Notes under the pieces: generated by a model | What the model was told of the DNA's origin: nothing | The model's input: only the letters and a program-made list of their open reading frames with translations | Database searches by the model: none | Origin: Octopus vulgaris | Lineage: Eukaryota | Length of the DNA: 64,000 nucleotides | Assembly (NCBI GenBank): GCA_951406725.2 | Contig: OX597829.1 | Span: forward strand, 36,270,001-36,334,000 | Direction of reading: 5' to 3' | Translations under genes and position numbers: made by a program | Part shown: positions 53,869-64,000 of the stretch, piece by piece | Numbering within the stretch: position 1 is the first letter of the stretch | How the letters are laid out: the number at the start of each line of letters is the position of its first letter

Positions 53869-55021
53869 CACCTCAGCTCATCAGGCCAAAGCCTACGAAA
53901 CTAAGTTGCATGGGGCCGAATCAAACAGTTTTAAACAACGTGTGTGTATGCGTGTGTGTGTGTGCGTGCGCATGCGTATGTGCTTGTGTGTGTTAATGTA
54001 TGCATGTATGTACGTACGTAAATATATATGTATGTATATATATAGAGAGAGAATGATACTGAAGAAGAGAGATGATCAAGATTTATCATAATATCACTTC
54101 ATGGTGTTTTAAATGCTATATAATAAATTGTATATATTGAACACTTATATATGTAATATGCTCCTACGCTATAGATTAAAACGATTCCGTATATCTAGCT
54201 TTTCTCTTTTTAACGTCATAATCCCAGCAGATTTTTCGAAAGTAATTCCGTACATTTTCATGGGAAACTGCTCTCAGAATTTGGGATAGTAAAACAATAT
54301 GCCTGAATTGTTAGGTCATTGATATCGATCTCCTTGGTGAAATTTTAGACATAGATCATAGTACAGGAAGAAAACAACTGGAAAAATAACAGACTCAAGT
54401 TATTCATAGACATCCTCCTCCCTTTTCACTTTTGATTTTCTTCAACTCATTACTACTAAATGCATGAAATCTACCAATATACGGTCATCGCTTATGTGTA
54501 TGTATTTCTAAATATATAAACATGGTGCTTATATTTTTAATGCTATTATATTTACATACGCATACATATACAGTAACATAGAAAAAAAAACATATATATA
54601 TCCGAACGCAACATACATACTTTATATAAGCATGTACAGAAGAATTCCTATTTTAAATGACATAGCATCACGGTTAACCAATGCTTAAAATACCATGAAA
54701 ATCCATGTATATCCAAATTCCAATCAAATATTAAACATAATGTATTCTCCGATTTTCTTTCTGTATTATATATAATAGAATAATCTTCTGAGTGTATATA
54801 AGAAAGTACAATAAGGTATATATATATATATATATTATATATATTCTGTTGTATGAAATATATATACATTACGATAAAAATATAAACTTAGTTTACACCC
54901 CAGTTTAAGGACTAACTCGCATTCAACCTTTTAATATATATATATATATATAAAAGTATATATAACATATGTATGTATATATATATGCATTCATCTATAT
55001 TATATATATGCACACACACAT

Positions 55022-55176
55022 CGTGGCTATGTGGAAAGAAGCTTGCTTCCCAAGCGCATGGTTCTGGGTTCAGTCCTACTGCGAGGCACCTTGGGCAAGT
55101 GTCTTCTACTATAGCCTCGGGTCAACCAAAGCCTTGTGAGTGGATATAGTTGGCAGAAACTGAAAGAAACCCGTCG
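55022..55176 (+). mobile_element. CORE-type SINE family B head
   Basis: GTGGCTATGTGG...GGGTTCAGTCCT...GGCACCTTGGGCAAGTGTCTTCTACTATAGCCTCGGG. Confidence 0.85.
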
Positions 55177-55221
55177 CGTATACAAATACACACACACACA
55201 TACACACACATACACACACAA

Positions 55222-55253
<32 letters not shown>

Positions 55254-55922
55254 ACACACGCACACACATATACACACATACATGTGTGGCTTATTAGCAA
55301 TTTGACAACCTAAAGGCAAATTAATAGAGGTCACTAAAGAGACAGAAGGGTACCAGTATTGCTAGAAATAAGTATCAAATGAACTCAAAAGCCAAAAAGC
55401 ACTATCTTAATGATTGACAAGGGGAGAGTAGCCCTGAGAGGATATAATTAAATCAACGACGGAGAAATTAATTCGCAATTTAGACGCTTATAAAGCTGAA
55501 TGTACAACTTCGTGTATATAAATATAAACAAACTAAGATTTGTTTTTGTGCACTGAAATGTATACTGTAATATACAAATAAGGTGATAACTTATTTTCAA
55601 ACGCAGAAACGCCGTTACATCAGCAGACATATTGAGCAAATTACCATCACAAAGCGGAAAATTTGTCAACAGCCATGGGATTCGAACCCACATGTCTTGA
55701 AGACTCCGGCCAAGTGCTTTATGGTTATAAGCCTAAAAACTTCTAAATTGCGGATTAATTTGTCAGTGGGCAGATTAGCTTATTACAATGTGGTTCTACT
55801 CTGAGGTACTATAGTTAAATACCATCTACTATAGCTTAGTGGTAGTTACTTCATGAGTTGAATTTTGTTATCACGAAGTATGTAAAAGCTCAAAATATAT
55901 ATATATGCTTATACACATATGC

Positions 55923-55971
<49 letters not shown>

Positions 55972-56032
55972 CATACCCAAATGCACACACATACATACAC
56001 ATACATACATATATACATACATATGTATATAC

Positions 56033-56093
<61 letters not shown>

Positions 56094-56101
56094 AAGATTA
56101 C

Positions 56102-56412
56102 TACCACTCCGCCGCTTACGACGACGAGAGTTCCAGCTGATCCGATCAACGGAACAGCTTGCTCGTGAGATTAACGTGCATGTTGCTGAGCACTTCACAG
56201 ACACATACTTCTCAGGGAGATTCAGCGTGGAACAGAGTGTGATAATCCTAGCCCCGCTGAAATACAGGTACTACTCATTTTTGCCAGCTGAGTAGACTGG
56301 AGCAACGTAAATTAAAGTGTCTTACTGAAAGACACAACGCGCCGACTTGAATTGAACTCGCGACCCTACGATCGCGAGCCGAAAAACCTTACCGCTAAGT
56401 CACGCACCTTCA
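56102..56412 (-). mobile_element. tRNA-derived SINE, family C-related, with a different 3' tail; tail fragment also at ~18848-18968
   Basis: Shares ACTCATTTTTGCCAGCTGA..GACTGGAG with 49917-50162. The tail ATTAACGTGCA...GAGATTCAGC matches 18848-18968. Confidence 0.8.
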
Positions 56413-56501
56413 CCATATAAAGATTAAAAATGAAAGGGCAAACCGGTTGGTATCACTTGAAAAGACATGTAATTTCGATAGAGAATATAGATATACAGAG
56501 T

Positions 56502-56589
56502 CTCTTATAACTGTTTCTAGAATAGTCAAGCGTGTAGATCATCATATTGAGTAATAATCCTATAGGCTGAGTATTCCGCCACCAGAGAG
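56502..56589 (-). ncRNA. Degenerate hammerhead motif
   Basis: Minus strand CTCT-CTGGTGG-cGGAATA...TATTCTA-GAAAC-AGTT-ATA-AGAG. Stems I and II are retained but the core is mutated. Confidence 0.4.
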
Positions 56590-56956
56590 GGAGAAGTCAG
56601 AGTGATGTAAAAGCGAGTACAAGTCTGCAATCAAGGATATTAGTGTATTCTAGTTTGTCGAGAATGAGGGAAGAATCAGAGTAAAATTGGAATGTGTTAG
56701 GTAGATCCATGATCAACTGAGAAATACAGTTGTAGGTTTGTCTTTTCATTTTTATTTTAATCTTCATCTACCTACTCAAGGAAGAAACATATATAGCCGC
56801 TTCTGATTGGCAATTTCAACGCTACACGTTCAGTTGTAGTTCAGACCGGAGTTATAGTGATAAACGAAACAGAGCACTCATAGCTATTAGTTTATGTCAG
56901 TTGACGAATACTCTTTATACACATATATATATGTATGTATTTGTCAACTAGTAACC

Positions 56957-57006
<50 letters not shown>

Positions 57007-57159
57007 ATAGTGTTAGTTCATTAGTATATTAGTTCGTTAACAAGCGATTCAAATATCAAGATAGATATGTGGATTGTCGCTATACTAAGAAATCATTATT
57101 TTTTTCAGGATTTATGGGCTGTGTGGTGATGACAAAGAGGTGCAAAGCCTTTTAAAGTG

Positions 57160-57328
57160 TAGTCGACTTCACCGACCCCTAGTGTTATTTTATCGACTCC
57201 CACTTATATTTATCACAGACGAATGGAAGGCATATTAGACCTAGGCGCGATTTGAACTTATACTCTAAAGGCACTTTACTAAAAACAATACTGTATTTTA
57301 CCCAAAGCTCTCCCGATTTCGCCACCCA
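57160..57328 (-). mobile_element. Old SINE family A remnant
   Basis: TTATTTTATCGAC...GAAGGC...GACCTAGGCGCGATTTGAACT resembles the sequence of the copy at 36412-36643. Confidence 0.5.
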
Positions 57329-58010
57329 CTTGTTATCAAACAGTTATGATTTTAACTTAAACACAATATTTTGTAGGTGTGGCGTTATAGATGGAGACAG
57401 CCCATAAAAATATGTAGCTAAATATCGCAAAGCTATTTTGCACGGGCTTTATCAATTCTGCTATCTATTGTTCTCTAATAAGCAGCTATAATAATATACA
57501 TGTCAATGAATGGTCTACATATCCTGTTGTTTAGAATTAACAAATAAACAAAAGGTAACAGAAGTGAAGGAGAAGTTCTATTGTACAGAATTCAAGAAAA
57601 GTTTCTTTAAAACAGCTTAATAATGACAAATGGATATACCAATTTCAAAACATAATGACGTAGAAACAACAGCAGGCGACGTTATAGCGGAGACAATCAC
57701 ACTAAAAGCATATGGACTTTGTTATAGTAAGAACAATAAAGATAAATTGTTCTCTCGGGACAGCTGACACCTCTCAGATTTTTTTTTACTTCATATTCTA
57801 CCGGCTACTTTCGTAAATGAAAAAAAAAAAATAAACAAACACCATTTTACTTCAGGAAACCTAATTAAAATCAAGAAATATCTGATAGTTTATTAGAAGT
57901 TAATGCTAGGAAAGCGAATTCAAAATCGCAGTCATGTTTAAAATCGCGATCATGTTTTCAAAATTTTAAAGCAGAGAAATTACAAGTGTTGCGAATTTTT
58001 GTCTCCCTCT

Positions 58011-58095
<85 letters not shown>

Positions 58096-60240
58096 CTCTA
58101 TCTATCTATCTATCTATCTCACTCTCTCTCTTTTTCTCCTTCTCTTTTTCTCTTTCTCGTACTGACACACATACCCAAACTAAATATTTAGTAAGATAAA
58201 ATTGTTTATAGGATGGCGATTGGACAGTCATTAAAAGTAATTAATCGATAAATAGTAACAATATATTACAACAATCTTATGTAGTAATGCATCTCTTTTG
58301 GTACGTCTCAAGTACCCAAGCAAGAATATTTGGAATGGGTCTTAAAATTCGTATAGATGACTGTGTTTCAAGAAGACGAAAGGGATGAGAATGGTGATTG
58401 CCATTACTGCAACCATTGTGGTTGCTATAAGAATTATGCTGAGAGCTTTCACAAATGTAGTATGAAGGTTAGAAAAAAATTAATAGAAATATCAGGTTTA
58501 AATATTTAATTCTATACTGCCATTAACACGACCAACTGACAAGAAATCCCACCTCTCACCAATACCACTTCTTTTTGTTTCCCTAGTATGTAAGTATTCT
58601 CTATTCAGAATACGTAATTAATTTTATTCATGAGAAACAAATTATTCCATGGATAAATTATTAGGTAATCAGATGTAGCTGTCATAAACCAAGTAGAAAA
58701 TATATATGAAAAGCAGTAACAATGGGTCTTGCAAGAAGTACCAATCGTCTTTGCATAGGGAGTATTAAACCCGAAGACGCAAGATTCATATTATATCGAA
58801 ATCCAAAAGGTAATGATCCCGATCGATTAAAATCTGACAATATGGCTGTAATAAAATCCATCAGGGAATGTTTCTCATTGTTAATGCAAATACGAAAAGG
58901 CCTCATGTATGCAATATGTAAGAACCCAAACATTCCCTAATAAAATCATGCTACTTGGACAACACTGGAAGGAAGGATGGTGTCTCTCGAAGGTACCGAA
59001 ATTGGGATTCCCAGTCGACAGCTGATATAAAACTGTATGTAGAAGCTGCTAAAAATCTCTGGTCATCCAAGCAATGCACTATAAACACTCCTTGTAAAAG
59101 TGTTTAATATTTAAAAGCAAAAACTAAACCCAAATAAGATCAGTTGATATCATTTGGAGAATATAGACAACAGACGGAAAGAGAATCAGTATTTAAAGAA
59201 CAGTGGTAAATCTGTTGACATTTGGTTATGTGCTAAAGAAACTTATAGAAAAGCTAGACAGTTAATTAACCCGTATATCAATCAGATTCTTTCTAGAGTG
59301 GGGGATGACTTTACATGAAGACCTGTCGGAAAGTGTAGAAACCAGGATATTCGGTCGACAATTGATGATAGAAATGCTCTACAGCGCAAGCTGTTTCCAA
59401 CATATAAAATGAAAAATATATGTAAGCAGGGTATGCTCACGCATGCCCACCTCCAACACACACAATAACACAGGCACAAGCGGGAAAGACAGCTCAATGC
59501 AGGCACGTGAAGATTCACAAAGCAAATATTCTGCTTATACATTTATAAATGAATGATGTTTTCAAGTAGTAATGCATACACACGCACACAAACATATATA
59601 CACTCACGCACACAAAAGCATATATACGCACACACACGTATACACACTCACTCACACACAAGCATATATGGTCAAAACACGTATATGTGCACGCATATAT
59701 TACGTATGTGTACTTAAATATATGTATATATTTATATATTATATATATATATACAGAAATGCACATATGTACGTACATATACATATGTTAATGCCCGTGT
59801 ATGTACATATGCATACACACACGCGCACACGCACACACATATTTATATATATATATATATGACATCATTCATTGTCCTGCTAGAATATCATTTATTTTCA
59901 AACTGATAACACACACGGGCCTTACATGATGTATGAGAACCTATAAACATCGAACACTTGTCTTCAAGTGCTTTATCGTCCTCCACTCTAGCATACGTTA
60001 ATTCGCGTTATCATTGCCAGTTAAAATGATAGAGTTTTCTCTCATGAGATACCAAACCTCTATTGACCGATAGATAAATGCTTGAATACATCATGGTCAG
60101 CCTTCGAATCAATCCTTCATGGAACAGATCGCTTTCTTGGTTTTCGTTTCTTGGCAAATGTTCTCTCTGCGCAGTTTTTGTAGAATACAGCTTTTATATA
60201 TATATATGTGCCTGTTTATTAAGCAATGTGTCGGGTTCAC

Positions 60241-60764
60241 ATGTATGTATGTATGTATGTATGTATGTATGTATGTATGTATGTATGTATGTATGCATGC
60301 ATGCATGTATGTATGTATGTATGTATGTATGCATGTATGTATGTATGTATGTATGTATGCATGTATGTATGTATGTATGTATGTATGTATGTATGTTTGT
60401 ATGTATGTATGTATGTATGTATGTATGTATGTATGTATGTATGTATGTATGTATGTATATGTATGTATGTATGTATGTACGTATGTATGTATGTATGTAT
60501 GTATGTATGTATGTATGTATGTATGTATGTATGTATGTATGTATGTATGTATGTATGTATGTATGTATGTATGTATGTATGTATGTATGTATGTATGTAT
60601 GTATGTATGTATGTATGTATGTATGTATGTATGTTGTATGTATGTATGTATGTATGTATGTATGTATGTATGTATGTATGTATGTATGCATGCATGTATG
60701 TATGTATGTATGTATGTATGTATGCATGCATGTATGTATGTATGTATGTATGTATGTATGTATG

Positions 60765-60798
<34 letters not shown>

Positions 60799-60840
60799 TG
60801 TATGTATGTATGTATGTATGTATGTATGCATGTACGTACG
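60241..60840. repeat. ~600-bp (ATGT)n microsatellite
   Basis: Direct reading. Source of the longest spurious ORFs in the track. Confidence 0.97.
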
Positions 60841-61995
60841 TATATGTTGATGTATATGTACGTGTGAGGAGTGGCCAAAGCTGTATATGATCTTGTTCGC
60901 CTGTGTATATATGTTAATTCATATGGCATGGAAAGCAATTGCATTTTGCTTGACTTACAACTATTTTAGCGTCTGTTTAACATATATCTAAGCATATAAC
61001 TGGTGCAAGCGTACGTTACAAGTATATAAATATATTATTATTTTTGTGTGAGGGTGTGTCTGATATAAGAGTATGTATGTGTGTGTGTGTGTGTGTGTGC
61101 GTGCGTGCGTGAGGCTTTAAATGAATCTCAATCCGTGCCTTTAAGTAGATGCATATATTGAGGTAACAAAAATTAAAAACAAAAACAGGCTTGTAGTGCA
61201 AGGAATATCATTACAATACATTACAAGAATAAAGCTAAAGTTGAGACCGAATAAACATGAATATGTTTGAGTATAGACATTAATATAAAAATAACAAATA
61301 CACTGAACGTACAAACATATGCATCATATCAATATCAATATGAGCGCAAGTGTGTGTGTGTGTATACTCATAAGAGTATAAATGTATTCTGCGTATGATT
61401 GTGTACATATACCACTTGATGATTCTAGTATCAATGCCATTTTGCCTTTCATTTCCACGATTTATTAAATAAGTATCAATCATCTGCTTGAGGCAGACTA
61501 ATCAATTATATATCTCCCTGAAGATATTTTCTGCCCCAATATTTTGAAGATCAATAAAGTGCGCACCAGTAATATTCTTATTTTCATCAACAGGCAAAAG
61601 TTGTCATCTGGAGATTTGAAATAGATTAAAATTGTTACTGTCGATGTTGCATTCATTATAAAGAAAACAAACGAGAAGATCGGCTGTGTTATCCTTGACC
61701 TGCAAGAAACAATAGCCAAATCTCTTGCCAACCACAAAGTGATACATTATAAATTATAATCCCAGATATTTTATACTTGAGAAAAGGCGTTGTAGCTGTT
61801 GCATCTGGAGTATCTTTGGTTACAGATCTGCCAGATCAAGGTTTCCATAATATTGAGAAATAAGTTAGTATTTAACTTTATCCTATCCCAAACTCTGGGT
61901 CAGACTTTAAAGATCGTAAATTCCTTCCTCTCACTAGTGAATATATCTAATATGTGGAAATAATAAATTAGTAACGCACATTAATAAGGTTTTTC

Positions 61996-62417
61996 GGATC
62001 TTTTCGGTTTGAACGGCAGTTTTTTCTAGCGGTGTCATATGAAATTGTCACCCATAATTATGACCCTAGAATCGATCTATTGCATTTCAATCTCTTTTAG
62101 GGTTAGGGTTAGGGTTAGGGGTGGGGAGAAGGGCATCTTTTTTCCTTCTCAAATGTAAATAAACCCAATCTGTTTCTTAAACGAGGGACATATTCATACG
62201 GCACAGAATGCTTTTTAACTCAATAGACGTCACTGATTGGTTGAACTTGCAGAAATTGAAGAAAAAAACAACAAATATCTTACCAACTATAGAATTTTCT
62301 CTATAAAGCCAAGAGAAAAAGATGTTTTATAAACACATTCTACCAGTATACGAAGTTTAAAATTTTTTAATTACCTAGAAATTGTGTTAAAAACTGCCGT
62401 TCAAACCGAAAAGATTC
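61996..62417. mobile_element. MITE with 29-bp TIRs, 8-bp TSD-like flanks and internal (TTAGGG)4
   Basis: TIR GGATCTTTTCGGTTTGAACGGCAGTTTTT (61996-62024) versus 62389-62417 (1 mismatch). Flanks GGTTTTTC / GATTTTTC. TTAGGG x4 at 62097-62120. Confidence 0.85.
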
Positions 62418-62897
62418 GATTTTTCATTTACTACGAAATTCCTGTTCTTTGTGTGAGATAGCGAGATTATGGCTAGTTGGAGTAAGTATTGGCGTGTAAA
62501 TGAGAAAGTATCGAATCTTGAACACTCTCTCACATTGCTTGCTATAATACTATATTCTTTACCGTGCTTATCAAGCCTTTTTTTCACGACAATAAAGTAT
62601 GATTCGAGTGGTTTTAAATAAAAATGTTAACACTTTGGTGTCTTTACTGAACAAAACGGTGTAATAAGAAGGCCACTTATTTCTTAAACAATCTTTTCTA
62701 GATTATTTCCATTTTAAAACTAGAAAATTCACTGTCACTCTCTTGACCAATATGAAATACATTCTCGGTTCGTGTGGGTGTGTGTGCATGCGCGCCGCGT
62801 GTCTGAGTGTGTTTGCGTATGTGTGTGGGTGCGCGCGCGCGCGTGTGTGTGTGTGTGTGTGATTGTGTCTGTGCGTGTTTGTGTCTGTGCGTGTGTC

Positions 62898-62928
<31 letters not shown>

Positions 62929-62955
62929 TTGTATTTGTGCGTGTGTGTTTGTGTG

Positions 62956-62986
<31 letters not shown>

Positions 62987-63638
62987 ATGCATGAGTGCAT
63001 GTGTATGTATATGTGTGTATATGTGTGTATGTGTATGTATGAATATATATATGCATGTACGTATCCATGAATGAATGCGAGTTTCGACGTGTATGTGATT
63101 TTTTTCTAAAGTTAAATCTTTAATTTTCATAATTGATATTTTTGTTCAAAATACTTGAATAATTTTGACTTTCTGATCCATCGTATCTTTCTGGAAATTC
63201 TCATCACCCACTATGCACCGAGTTTTTCTCACAGGAATATCTGATTCTTTAATTGTATTTCGCCACTATAAAACAGTTCCAAAATCAACAATTGATCCTC
63301 CGTAGTTTCCTGACATCTGTTTTCAGTTGCTCTTTTTCTTATAATTCTACCATATTTAACGTATTGTTATGATGGACAAGATAAGTGTTTCCTTTATCTA
63401 TTTATTATTTATATTCTTCTGTATTCTTGTATTCTGATATTCTTCTACTTGACTACTTTTTACCCATTTTCCCCGGCACTCGTTCAGCTTTCCATTTTTT
63501 TTTCTTTTACCTCTTTTTTCTCTAATTTTCCATTTTGTGTTTGTTTCATTTCTATTCGATACGCGAAGTATCACACATACATATACACGTATGCGCAGTC
63601 TATCTCTGCATTTCTCTCTTTTCTATAGCCAATCACTT

Positions 63639-63682
<44 letters not shown>

Positions 63683-64000
63683 CTCTTTCTCATTTTCTCT
63701 CATTTTTCCCCATTTCACTATCTCTCTCTATCTCGCTTACACACTCTCTTCCTCGCTCACACTCTCAGCCAATTTACAAAAGCTATTAGCCAGGGGCCCG
63801 TTTCATGCTTTTTGATTACCGCATCATGTGCGTTCCGTTTTATTGCCAAGACCGCAATTTGATTCACCCCAAGGGAATTAGTAGTCTCTTTATATACTGT
63901 CTCATCTGTAGCAGAACAGAATGCTAACTTGACCTTTCGGAGAGTTGCAAATTGTAGAACGTGCGTCTGGAATCTTTCAGTATGTCATTGGAATACGATG

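Noticed and set aside
58600-59350. Possible old LINE remnant (also 61500-61860, 5950-6240 and 15060-15600 as possible TE relics)
   Set aside because: Only vague motif resemblance in broken frames. Cannot be assigned without a profile search.
60078-60944. Longest ORFs in the track (up to 270 aa, MYVC/HTYI repeats) and the many similar YI/CV/HT/poly-I/poly-L ORFs
   Set aside because: They are translations of stop-free microsatellites, with no domain content or splice context.
62097-62120. Chromosome end or telomere-healing site
   Set aside because: Only four repeats, and they lie inside a TIR-bounded element.

Overview
AT-rich, microsatellite-saturated eukaryotic DNA. The SINE families and repeat landscape point to an octopod cephalopod (Octopus-like); this is inferred from pattern recognition, not from a search. 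Nearly all ORFs in the supplied track are translations of simple repeats. The window looks like a large intron or gene desert with one good candidate 81-nt internal exon (37438-37518, +). It also holds many tRNA-derived SINEs of at least three families, non-autonomous Helitrons (one type fused to a SINE tail), a decayed Dong/R4-type LINE with TAA-associated 3' fragments, decayed Penelope-like elements (GIY-YIG remnants), a Sola2-like transposase fragment and a TIR MITE carrying (TTAGGG)4. The most notable signal is about ten minimal type I hammerhead-ribozyme motifs (stem I-CUGANGA-stem II-GAAAC-NNNN-GUH-stem I'). They belong to sequence-unrelated short elements that mostly sit as fold-back inverted repeats next to microsatellites. 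Two copies (41436-41518 and 52527-52621, both minus strand) have intact catalytic cores and well-paired stems.
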